A stretch of DNA of 64,000 nt from Chloroflexota bacterium (GTDB taxonomy: Bacteria; Chloroflexota; Anaerolineae; J036; Brachytrichaceae). How positions within the stretch are numbered: the stretch's first letter is position 1; the number at the start of each line of letters is the position of its first letter. Below, one piece after another: positions 36,021-45,175 of this stretch. The position numbers and the translations under genes were made by a program. Below the pieces are notes generated by a model. The model searched no databases. It was not told the origin of the DNA and saw only the letters and a list, made by a program, of their open reading frames with translations. The stretch is taken from contig JANXLU010000087.1 of NCBI GenBank assembly GCA_025354985.1, positions 82,813 through 146,812 of the forward strand, read 5' to 3'.

Positions 36021-39000
36021 ATGGCACTTGAATATATTGACCGACCGCCGCGCATCCAGCCCGAGTTGCCTGTAGACAAGCACACGATTCCTGCACCGCC
36101 CACCCAGGAGCGGGATGGCATTGAACAAATAATTCAGAGCGTCATGCCGCTGATCGGCATGCTGGGTTTTGCCTTCGCCTCCGGCAGCGGAAACCCGCTC
36201 GCCATGGCTCCCATGTTTCTCATGATGGGTGGCACCATGGGCTTCAGTTTTTGGCAGCGTGGCCGCCAAAACGCAAAATTAGCCGTCAAACAGCGTCTGT
36301 ACACCCAGCATCTATTGGAACTTCGGCAGGACATGACCCGCGAGCACAACGTGCAACGGCTGCACTATCGCCACGTCTATCCCGATATTCCCACGGTGCT
36401 TGAAATCGCAAATCGCCATGAGGCCAGCCGATTTGGCAACCGACTTTGGGAGCGTCGCCCGTCCGACCCTGATTTTGGCGTGATCCGGCTGGGCATGGGC
36501 ACGCGCCCCTCCACGGTCAACTACATTTTCGACAAGCAAAACAACCCACTTGAAGACACCCCTCTCCACAAGGATGCTCGCAAGCTGTCCGAAGACAGCG
36601 CAATCGTGACCGACGCTCCGGTAACCATCAACCTCAGGCAGTGGACCAAGGCGGCGGTGACGGACGAAACCCAATCATCGGACGCCACTGCCGTGCCACC
36701 TCGTCATTCCGTGGGCCTGTTTGGCAAAAATCCCACCGCAACAAGCGATTTTGCCCGGGCCATCCTGGCAAACTTCTGCGCCTTTCATAGCGCGCAAGAC
36801 ACCCGGCTGTGGGTGATTGGTCACGCCAAGCAATCTCACGGCTGGCAATGGGCCGAATGGATGCCTCACGTAAATATCCGCGGCATCGGCGACGACGATG
36901 AAGACTCGGGCAAACCGCGCGCCATTCCGCAGCTGTGTTTTTCCGACGAACTACCCACGGTAAAGAACTTCTGGAAGCTCATCAAAAAGGAACTTGACAC
37001 CCGTCAGGTGCGTCTGCGTGACAAGAAGGATGACGACAAAGGCGGCAGTGACGTATCACTGCCCATGCTCCTGGTTGTGGTCGACATGGTGGGTGACTTG
37101 CCCAAGGACCATCCCTTGCGTGATGTCGCCAGCGAGGCTGTGGTCGCCCAGATCAACAACAATGGTCCGCAGTTGGGCGCCGCGATCATTTACCTGGGCA
37201 ATGATCCAACCCGGGTTCCAAGCGACTGCCAGGCCATGGTCGAGGTCTCGCCAACGGGCAACGAAGTCGTTTTCCGCTATACGGAAGTTGGGCTAAACAG
37301 CCCGCGCTACATGGGCATCGCCGATCTTCTAAACGCCGCCGATGCCCGTGCAAATTTTGCCGCCCGCATTCGCCGCCTGGAGCTTGCCCGCCCGTTTGGT
37401 TCAGACCTACCCCGCGCCGTCGATCTGTTGCAAATGCAATCGGTGGTCGAGGGCAAACGAGTCGACACGCTCGATAAATACGCGATCAACGACAAATGGC
37501 AGCGCAGCATCGTTCCCAAAAATAGCGAATGGCTGAATGCACCGCTCGGCATGCTCAGCATGAAGGACGTCCGCTCGCTGATCTTCAGCGCCAAGGAAGG
37601 CGGAGACGGTGTACATGGCATGATCGCCGGAACCACTGGATCCGGCAAGTCCGAGCTGCTAATGACCTTGATCGCCGGTCTCGCCGCCAAATACGACCCG
37701 CGCATTTTGAACCTTGTACTGGTGGATTACAAAGGCGGTTCCACTATCGAGCCCTTCCGCCACCTACCCCATACGGTCGATTTGCTGACCAACATGCAGG
37801 CGAATTCGGTTGAGCGCATGTTCGTGGCCATTCAAGCAGTCATGACAAAGCGAAGTGCGCTACTTGCCAAGGTTGGAGCCAGTGATATCGTAAAGTACCG
37901 ATCCGACATCGCACCAAAGCTTACCGAAAACGATCCCGAACCCAAAACCTTTCCGCACCTCTTCATCATCGTCGACGAGTTCGCGGAGATGATCACCGCC
38001 AACCCGGATTACAAGGCCAAGTTCGAAAGTATCGTGCGCCTTGGCCGTGCTTTTGGTGTAACCCTGATCCTCGCCACCCAGCGACCCGCCGGCGTAGTCA
38101 CCGATCAAATGCGTGCCAACATGAAGTTCCGCATTTGTCTGCGTGTTGAAACTCCTGATGACAGCAAAGAACTGCTCGGCACTGCTGATGCCGCCTTCCT
38201 GCCAAACCTGGGTGGCCGCGGATATATCCAAAGCGGCAACGAGCTGATGGCCGGAATTCAAGTGGCCTGGGCCGGAGGACCGTATTCCGAGGATCACAAG
38301 GTCTCGTTAAAGGATGTGATCTGGCTGGATGAAGAATCCATGCCCGCGGATGCCAACGAAACCAGTGAATTCACGGCCAGCGAAGTGGCGGAGGCCTTGC
38401 ACTTAAAGGAAGGCGAGTTGCCCAAAACCGTCCTTGAATGGATGGTGGGCAGCATGGCCCTGCGCGCAAAGCGGGACGGTGTTCCGCAACAGCGCAAACC
38501 CTGGCCCGAGCCACTTCCCGAGTTCCTCGCGCTCACCGATCCGGTCGACGCAAGCTATCTGAACACCGACCGCGACTTGCTCGCCGGCAAGAAAATTGTT
38601 ATCAATACCCTGGTCGATTCCTGGCTGAACAACGAAGAAGACAAAAACCTATGGCCAGCATTTAGTTGGAAAGATTACAAACCCCTCCGCGTTGACATTG
38701 GTCTCGTGGATAATCCCTACGATGCCGAGAATCGTCTGCTGACCATTGACCTGAGCACCGATCCATTGGCCGTGTTCGGCGCCGCTGGTCGCGGCAAAAC
38801 CACGTTCGTCAAGTCCTTGCTTACCGCGCTTGCGGCGCAACGGTCACCCGACGAGCTGCACATGTATGCGCTCGATTTTGGTCGCGGTGGTCTAAAGTCA
38901 ATAACCGCCCTGCCGCACATGGGCGCCAGCATCGATGCCAGCGAGACGGCCCGGGTCGATCAGCTCATCCGCATGCTGCGCAACTTCGTAAACGAGCGCC

Positions 39001-42000
39001 AGGAGCGCATGGCGAAAAGCACCGCAAATTCGCTTTCCGAATTTAACGCCTCAAGCACCACCGGAATTTTCCCGGAAATCGTCTGTGTCATCGACGGATT
39101 TATCGAGTTCAAGGAGAGCTATGAACATCAGATGGGCGAGCTGATGGGTCTCATCCGTGATGGACGCCAGTTTGGCGTGTATTTCGTGATAACGGCAACT
39201 GGGCTCGGCGACCTGGGCACAAAACTCTTTGGTGCCATGACGCAACGGGTCACATTTGCCCAGGCCGATGCCGGTCTGTATTTGGATTTGGTCGGCCGCG
39301 GTGCGCGTCCTTTCGACAACGTCCCCGGTCGCGGGCTGATTCCCGTGGCGATCAAGGATCAACCAATCCCGCTCGAGTTCCAACTCGGCGTACCCGGCAC
39401 CCCGGACCTGCATAACGATGCCGACCAAATAGATGGCTTTCAATTAATCGCCCAGCGCATGGAAAAGGTCTGGCTCGACATGGGCCGCAGCCGCCCCGCC
39501 GCAGAACTTCCACGCGCCATTAACATGTTCGAGATGATGGGCTTGATCGAGACCGGAAAAACGGACACCTTCAAGCGTGTGGGCGAGCTGCCCTTCCCTG
39601 AGCGGTGGGTCGAGAGCATGAAGCCTGGTAATCAGGAGTGGCTGAAGAGCGCGGTCGGGCTTATTTCAAGCAAAGACATCCGGGTCATGAACTTCCAGGC
39701 CCAGGCCGATGGCGTCCACGGCATGATCGCCGGCACCACCGGTAGCGGCAAGTCAGAGCTGTTGCAAACGCTGGTACTCAGCATGGCCATGCGCTACGAC
39801 CCGCGCATCGTCAACTTTGTGTTGGTTGACTTCAAGGGTGGCGCTACCATCGAGCCGTTCAAAAAGCTCCCCCACGTGGTCGATATGGCCACCGACCTGC
39901 AGGGCAATGCGGTCGAGCGCATATTTATCGCCATCAAGGCCGAGATGGATCGGCGCGCCGCATTGTTGGCCAAGGCTGGCGTCAGTGAATTGATCGCGTA
40001 TCGCAAGGACATCATCCCCAAACACCGCTCCGACCTTGAACCAACCTTCCCACACCTGTTTGTGGTCGTCGACGAATTTGCCGAGATGATCGCGCAGAAC
40101 CCGGACTATCGTCTGCAGTTTGAAAGCATCACCCGCCTGGGTCGCGCCTTTGGCGTCAGTTTGATCCTGGCCACCCAACGGCCCGCTGGCGTGGTCAGCG
40201 ACCAAATGCGTGCTAACATGAAATTCCGCATTTGCCTGCGCGTGGAAACCCCGGACGACAGCAAGGAACTCCTCAAACGACCGGATGCCGCCCGCCTCCC
40301 CCAAATCGCCGGTCGCGGCTATATCCAGGCCGGCACCGAGACCCTGACCGAAGTCCAGTCAGCATACTCCGGCATCAACTACAACGATGACATCCCCGAT
40401 CCGCGCTATTCCACGCAGGAAATTCTGGATGCGCTCGAGCTCGACGCCGAGAAAAAACCCGGCAAGCTCATCAATTGGCTGGTCGGCGCCATCGCCGTCG
40501 AGGCCAAGCGCCAGGCGATACCCAAACAGTTCAAACCCTGGCCCGATCCACTCCCCGCCCCGCCCGATCCCAAGGTGCCCGAGGATGTCAACTGGAAACG
40601 CTGGCCGATGCCGCTCAACAAGCATGTGGACGCGAGCTATATCAAAACGATCACCGAAACCGGCGCAACATCAGTTGTGCTGTCACCCCACCTCGCAGAC
40701 TGGATAACGGTGATCGAAAGCAAAGCAATTGACACCAAGGCCTTAAAGGGTCGCCGTCTGACCCAGGAGCTCCCGCTCGGCAACGCGGTCGTGTGGAAAC
40801 CCTGGACTTGGAAGACACCCTTGCCCATTTGGGCACATGTCGGCGTGGTGGACAATCCATTCCGCAGCGAACAGCGCACTCTCAGCCTGAATGTCGGAGG
40901 TGACCCAATGGTCATTTATGGCGCAAGTGGCAAGGGCAAGACGACTATTCTCAAATCCATTGTCTTTAGCCTGTGCGCCCAGTTCAGCCCCGCCGAGCTC
41001 AACGTCTATGCGCTTGACCTTGGACGTGGCGGTTTGCGCTCCTTCAAAAACCTGCCGCATTGTGGCGCGGTGATCGATGCCGCAGCAGCCGACCGCGTGT
41101 TGCAGTTGTTCCGCATGATCCGCAGCCTGATGGCCGAGCGTGAGGAGCGCCTGGCCAAATATGCCGATATGGCGGACTACAACGCCCAGATGCAAAAAAC
41201 CGACAACCCGGACGCCATGTTCCCTGGCGTTGTCGTCGTTGTCGATAACTTTGCCGAATTCAAGGAAACATACGAGAATCTGCTGCCCGACCTGATGGCG
41301 CTGGTTCGTGACGGTCGCCAATTTGGCATTCATTACATCCTCACCGCCAACGTGCCAAACGATCTGGGTAACAAGCTCAGCAACCTAATGGGTCAGCGCA
41401 TGACGTTTACCATGGCAGATGCATCGCAAATCCCCGAGGTGGTCGGTCGCGGCGCGCTCAGCCTGGCCAACCAGCCCGGTCGCGGCTTGATCAACATCGA
41501 GGGCCAGCCCCTGGAGTTTCAGGTGGCCATACCCGTCATGGAAAATGCCAAGGACCCATACTTGGTCATTGCCGATGCCATGCTCAGTGTCTGGACCGCG
41601 ATGGGCGGCAAGCAGCCCGCCGCCGAGGTTCCCAAGAGCGTGACAATGCTGGAGATGTGGCAGCGCATCGAGGGTCGCCGTGTTGACGTGCTCAGCGATC
41701 TCGATATCGCCGCTCGCTGGAAGCGCAGCATGGAACCCGCCAACAGCGAATGGCTCAGCGGCCCGCTTGGGTTGATTAGCAGCAAGGAAGTCCGCAACAT
41801 TTGGTTTACCGCCAAGCCCGGTGGAGACGGCGTCCACGGCATGGCCGCCGGAACCACTGGATCCGGTAAATCCGAACTCCTCCAAACGTTGATCGCTTCG
41901 CTGGCCATCAAGTATGACCCGCGGATCGTAAACTTTGTGCTCATCGACTATAAGGGCGGTCCAACCGTCGAGCCCTTCCGCAAGTTGCCACATTGCGTCG

Positions 42001-44909
42001 ATCTTGCCACCAACCTGGATGGAAACGCGGTCGAGCGCATCTTCACCGCCATGACCGCCGAGATGAATCGTCGAAGCGATATTCTTGCCAAGGCCGGCGT
42101 TGCCGATCTCGTCGATTATCGCAAGAAGGTGATCCCGACTCTCAAGCCTGATTCGCCGTTTCCGCGCACCTTCCCGCATCTGTTTGTGATCGTCGACGAG
42201 TTTGCCGAAATGATTGTGGCCAACCCGGACTACAAACAAAAGTTCGAAAGCATTACCCGCCTCGGACGTTCCTTCGGGGTCACCCTGCTCCTGGCCACAC
42301 AGCGCCCAAGCGGCGCGGTGACCGATCAGATGCGTGCGAACATGAAGTTCCGCCTGTGCCTGCGCGTTGAAACAAGCGATGACTCCAAGGAGATGATCGG
42401 TCGCAATGATGCACAGACGCTGCCAGCCATTCCTGGCCGCGGCTATATCCAGGTCGGCGGCGGTCCCGTCAGCGAAATACAGGCCGCCTATAGCGGCGGC
42501 AACTATGACGAAACCCGCGATCAGGTCTATTCCGGCGACGAAATCCTTGCCGCGCTCGATCATCCCCTCGATGCGCCACGGTCGCTGTTGGGATGGCTCG
42601 TGGGTGCCACCAATGCCGAGGCCCGCCGCCAGGGTATCCCCAAACAGTTCAAACCCTGGCCCGATGGTCTGCCGGTCAAGATGGGCTTGAACATGCCGTT
42701 TGACGCCACTTACTTCCCGCCGAAAGGTGTACCCAAGCCCCAAATGATCCTGAACCGTGGCGTCAAGGCTTGGTTGGAAAAAGACCTGACCGGTCTGGAT
42801 GAACTACTTGAGATGCGCCGGCTACCCGCCGAAGTTCCGCTGGTCAACGGGGTAAAGTCACTTTGGCCTGCTCATGATTTTGCACAAGGTGGCATTCCGC
42901 TAATCGCCAGTGTCGGTCTCGTCGACAACCCTTGGTACGCCGAACAACGCCTGATGGACGTCGATTTGGCCGGTGATCCCATGGTGGTGCTGGGCGCCAG
43001 CGGACGTGGCAAAACCACGTTCCTAAAGAGCCTGATGTTGTCGCTCGCCGCGCTGCGCTCACCGACCGAGCTGCACATGTATGTGCTTGACTTCGCACGT
43101 GGCGGCCTCAAGGCACTGCGCACTTTGCCCCACGTAGCCGGCATCGTGGACGGCAACGAAGACGAGCGCGTCGAGCGCTGGTTCCGCATGCTCCGCGGCA
43201 TCATCGATGACCGCCAAACCAAGCTCCAAGCGTACGATTCCGTAGCCGACTATAACGCCAAGAACCCAAACGACATCATGCCCGGTGTCCTTGGTGTGAT
43301 TGACAACGCAAGCGAGTTCAAGGAAGCCTACGAAAAGTATCAGCTTGAGCTGATATCCCTGGTGCGCGATGGCCGCGCGTTCGGAGTGCACTTTGTCGTC
43401 AGCGCCACTCTGGCAAACGATGTGCCAACAAAGCTTTACAACATCCTCACCCAGCACATAACCTTTACCCAGAGCGATGTTTCCAACTACAACGACATAG
43501 TCGGGCGCGGCTGGCAGCGCTTTAACGACACGCCCGGTCGCGGGTTGTGCACCGTAGATTTGGGCGGGCAACCCGTGCCACTGGAGTTTCATACTGCCAT
43601 CCCGCTGGATGCAAACAACAACGATGCCAGCCGTGACCTGGTCAAACGCATGGCAGATGGTTGGGCTCTGCTCGAAAAAGCCGACAAAACTCTCCGCTTG
43701 CGCAAGCCCAAACCCATCGAACCCCTCACCAGCATGGTCGATGAAGTTGGCATGCTCGGTGAGTTGGGTCAGGGCAAACCCGGCACGTTACAGGTTCCGC
43801 TTGGCATAAACGACAAAGACCGCGAACCGCTGATCATCGACCTGAAGAACAAGGGTCCCCACCTCATGATCATCGGCCCACCGGTCACGGGCAAGACCAC
43901 CGCACTACGGTCGCTGGTTCTTGGCCTAACCCACGCCTATACCCCGGAGCAACTCGGTCTTGTCTTTATCGATCCATCCGACACTGCGCGCCGTTTCTGG
44001 AATTATGGTGCCGAAGGAGACGACATACTGCTCAACATGCCCCACGTTCTGGGCACCATAACCAACGGCAAAGAACTCGATACCGTGCTACTCCGCCTCC
44101 GCGCGGAGTTTGACGACACTGTGATCAGTAAGCTCACCGGTACTCCAGGCTTTGAGGCTCAGGACAACGCCAAGCGCTGGATCGTCGTCATCGCCGATCA
44201 CTACGACGATATCGAACAAATCAACAAGACCGCCCCACGCGGTGTCAGCATGGCCACGCTTGCTGACATCGGCAAGGGCAAGAACATGAGCATCATCATG
44301 GCCGGTTCACTCGGCATCCTGCGTATGGGTGGTGACGAAGTCCGCCGCCGCGTCGAATCCACGCGCTACAGCGTCGTGCTCCAGGACTTCGAAACTGTCC
44401 GCAGCATGGGCGTGCGGATATCCGGCGCTCCGACAAAAGAACTCCCACCCGGTCGCGGCTGGATCGTAAAAGCTGTCACCGGTGGTCTCATGCAGGTCTC
44501 TATACCAGTGGTTGAAGGCAAGGGTGGCCGCACCAGCGAAGATCAATTGGCCCGCGTTCTTGGCGACATCCGCCTTGAATGGTCAAAGGCAAAATGGAGC
44601 TACGCCAGCGATGACCTCACGAATCTGATCAAAGCCGTCAAGGGTGAAGAAACCGCCGCAGCCGCGGCCGAGGCATTGGGCGCTCACGTCCAGATGACCG
44701 GTGCCGATCAGGCCGCGAAAATGTTCAGCGACCTCGAACGTCTCATGGCCGAACAAGCCGCCATGAAGCCACTCGAGTTGCCGGAAGTAACCAACCTGAT
44801 CTCACTCGAGCGCGATGCCGACGATCCCCGCCTCATCGAACAAGCCAAAAAGGACGCCGAAGCAAAAAAGAAGGCTGAAGCCGAGGCCAAAAACGGCACC
44901 GTCGCCTAA
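36021..44909 (+). CDS. Giant FtsK/SpoIIIE-family ATPase, EssC/EccC-like, with 8 P-loop-type domains
   Basis: 2962 aa. EccC-like N-terminus (IDRPPRIQPELP..IPAPP) and two TM helices (aa ~38-78). A degenerate domain lacks GK[ST] (aa ~225-460). Three domains carry GTTGSGKS with VDEFAEM and FR[IL]CLRVET.DDSKE...GRGYIQ. Three domains carry GA.G[RK]GKTT. One terminal domain carries GPPVTGKTT. Lys/Ala/Glu-rich tail. Confidence 0.85.
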   Translation: MALEYIDRPPRIQPELPVDKHTIPAPPTQERDGIEQIIQSVMPLIGMLGFAFASGSGNPLAMAPMFLMMGGTMGFSFWQRGRQNAKLAVKQRLYTQHLLELRQDMTREHNVQRLHYRHVYPDIPTVLEIANRHEASRFGNRLWERRPSDPDFGVIRLGMGTRPSTVNYIFDKQNNPLEDTPLHKDARKLSEDSAIVTDAPVTINLRQWTKAAVTDETQSSDATAVPPRHSVGLFGKNPTATSDFARAILANFCAFHSAQDTRLWVIGHAKQSHGWQWAEWMPHVNIRGIGDDDEDSGKPRAIPQLCFSDELPTVKNFWKLIKKELDTRQVRLRDKKDDDKGGSDVSLPMLLVVVDMVGDLPKDHPLRDVASEAVVAQINNNGPQLGAAIIYLGNDPTRVPSDCQAMVEVSPTGNEVVFRYTEVGLNSPRYMGIADLLNAADARANFAARIRRLELARPFGSDLPRAVDLLQMQSVVEGKRVDTLDKYAINDKWQRSIVPKNSEWLNAPLGMLSMKDVRSLIFSAKEGGDGVHGMIAGTTGSGKSELLMTLIAGLAAKYDPRILNLVLVDYKGGSTIEPFRHLPHTVDLLTNMQANSVERMFVAIQAVMTKRSALLAKVGASDIVKYRSDIAPKLTENDPEPKTFPHLFIIVDEFAEMITANPDYKAKFESIVRLGRAFGVTLILATQRPAGVVTDQMRANMKFRICLRVETPDDSKELLGTADAAFLPNLGGRGYIQSGNELMAGIQVAWAGGPYSEDHKVSLKDVIWLDEESMPADANETSEFTASEVAEALHLKEGELPKTVLEWMVGSMALRAKRDGVPQQRKPWPEPLPEFLALTDPVDASYLNTDRDLLAGKKIVINTLVDSWLNNEEDKNLWPAFSWKDYKPLRVDIGLVDNPYDAENRLLTIDLSTDPLAVFGAAGRGKTTFVKSLLTALAAQRSPDELHMYALDFGRGGLKSITALPHMGASIDASETARVDQLIRMLRNFVNERQERMAKSTANSLSEFNASSTTGIFPEIVCVIDGFIEFKESYEHQMGELMGLIRDGRQFGVYFVITATGLGDLGTKLFGAMTQRVTFAQADAGLYLDLVGRGARPFDNVPGRGLIPVAIKDQPIPLEFQLGVPGTPDLHNDADQIDGFQLIAQRMEKVWLDMGRSRPAAELPRAINMFEMMGLIETGKTDTFKRVGELPFPERWVESMKPGNQEWLKSAVGLISSKDIRVMNFQAQADGVHGMIAGTTGSGKSELLQTLVLSMAMRYDPRIVNFVLVDFKGGATIEPFKKLPHVVDMATDLQGNAVERIFIAIKAEMDRRAALLAKAGVSELIAYRKDIIPKHRSDLEPTFPHLFVVVDEFAEMIAQNPDYRLQFESITRLGRAFGVSLILATQRPAGVVSDQMRANMKFRICLRVETPDDSKELLKRPDAARLPQIAGRGYIQAGTETLTEVQSAYSGINYNDDIPDPRYSTQEILDALELDAEKKPGKLINWLVGAIAVEAKRQAIPKQFKPWPDPLPAPPDPKVPEDVNWKRWPMPLNKHVDASYIKTITETGATSVVLSPHLADWITVIESKAIDTKALKGRRLTQELPLGNAVVWKPWTWKTPLPIWAHVGVVDNPFRSEQRTLSLNVGGDPMVIYGASGKGKTTILKSIVFSLCAQFSPAELNVYALDLGRGGLRSFKNLPHCGAVIDAAAADRVLQLFRMIRSLMAEREERLAKYADMADYNAQMQKTDNPDAMFPGVVVVVDNFAEFKETYENLLPDLMALVRDGRQFGIHYILTANVPNDLGNKLSNLMGQRMTFTMADASQIPEVVGRGALSLANQPGRGLINIEGQPLEFQVAIPVMENAKDPYLVIADAMLSVWTAMGGKQPAAEVPKSVTMLEMWQRIEGRRVDVLSDLDIAARWKRSMEPANSEWLSGPLGLISSKEVRNIWFTAKPGGDGVHGMAAGTTGSGKSELLQTLIASLAIKYDPRIVNFVLIDYKGGPTVEPFRKLPHCVDLATNLDGNAVERIFTAMTAEMNRRSDILAKAGVADLVDYRKKVIPTLKPDSPFPRTFPHLFVIVDEFAEMIVANPDYKQKFESITRLGRSFGVTLLLATQRPSGAVTDQMRANMKFRLCLRVETSDDSKEMIGRNDAQTLPAIPGRGYIQVGGGPVSEIQAAYSGGNYDETRDQVYSGDEILAALDHPLDAPRSLLGWLVGATNAEARRQGIPKQFKPWPDGLPVKMGLNMPFDATYFPPKGVPKPQMILNRGVKAWLEKDLTGLDELLEMRRLPAEVPLVNGVKSLWPAHDFAQGGIPLIASVGLVDNPWYAEQRLMDVDLAGDPMVVLGASGRGKTTFLKSLMLSLAALRSPTELHMYVLDFARGGLKALRTLPHVAGIVDGNEDERVERWFRMLRGIIDDRQTKLQAYDSVADYNAKNPNDIMPGVLGVIDNASEFKEAYEKYQLELISLVRDGRAFGVHFVVSATLANDVPTKLYNILTQHITFTQSDVSNYNDIVGRGWQRFNDTPGRGLCTVDLGGQPVPLEFHTAIPLDANNNDASRDLVKRMADGWALLEKADKTLRLRKPKPIEPLTSMVDEVGMLGELGQGKPGTLQVPLGINDKDREPLIIDLKNKGPHLMIIGPPVTGKTTALRSLVLGLTHAYTPEQLGLVFIDPSDTARRFWNYGAEGDDILLNMPHVLGTITNGKELDTVLLRLRAEFDDTVISKLTGTPGFEAQDNAKRWIVVIADHYDDIEQINKTAPRGVSMATLADIGKGKNMSIIMAGSLGILRMGGDEVRRRVESTRYSVVLQDFETVRSMGVRISGAPTKELPPGRGWIVKAVTGGLMQVSIPVVEGKGGRTSEDQLARVLGDIRLEWSKAKWSYASDDLTNLIKAVKGEETAAAAAEALGAHVQMTGADQAAKMFSDLERLMAEQAAMKPLELPEVTNLISLERDADDPRLIEQAKKDAEAKKKAEAEAKNGTVA
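37407..43691 (+). repeat. Three tandem in-frame copies (~2.1 kb, ~700 aa each) of a two-ATPase module inside the EssC-like gene
   Basis: Units start at LPRAVDLLQM (37407), LPRAINMFEM (39507) and VPKSVTMLEM (41628). Walker A GTTGSGKS codons start at 37629, 39732 and 41850. Second P-loops start at 38778 (GAAGRGKTT), 40920 (GASGKGKTT) and 42993 (GASGRGKTT). Confidence 0.8.
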
Positions 44910-44916
44910 TCACCGG

Positions 44917-44983
44917 TATGGAGTGCGTGCAACCTGCGCCTGTTGAAGGGATGCACGCGTATGGAGCGCGGGCATCCTGCCCG
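44917..44983. repeat. Two tandem copies of a short GC-rich hairpin repeat (family B)
   Basis: GTATGGAGTGCGTGCAACCTGCGCC (44917-44940) and GTATGGAGCGCGGGCATCCTGCCCG (44959-44983). CGGGCA/TGCCCG can pair. GAGCGCGGGCATCCTGCC recurs at 48550. Confidence 0.6.
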
Positions 44984-45175
44984 TTCCTTGAGTAACGCTT
45001 GCTGAACTTTGCGTTGCAAATGGCACGCGTCTGCCGATATTACTCAAAGGGCTCACGCACGTGTTTTGTCCACTGCAAAACAGCGCACTCAGTACTTACG
45101 TATTTCTCCTCCTGATCACAAAGTGAACAGCATTTGGTCTGGCCGGCGATCAGTCTGCCGGCCACAATCCTATTC

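Noticed and set aside
36134-44899. Many long antisense or off-frame ORFs inside the giant ATPase gene (e.g. 41385..42743, 452 aa; 39753..40304; 40743..41333), and similar ones inside the 1497-aa gene (58997..60157, 386 aa; 59479..60468, 329 aa)
   Set aside because: These are typical GC-rich shadow ORFs. They are low-complexity Gly/Ala/Arg/His-rich translations with no motifs, fully contained in strongly supported genes on the other strand or frame.
36021-44909. Calling the giant gene the chromosomal cell-division translocase FtsK, or dismissing it as an assembly artefact
   Set aside because: It has only two N-terminal TM helices plus an EccC-like degenerate domain. It has multiple ATPase domains and no C-terminal gamma (KOPS-binding winged-helix) domain, so it is not a canonical FtsK. 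The three internal units differ at many positions at both nucleotide and protein level and remain in frame, which argues against a simple assembly duplication. Read validation is still advisable.
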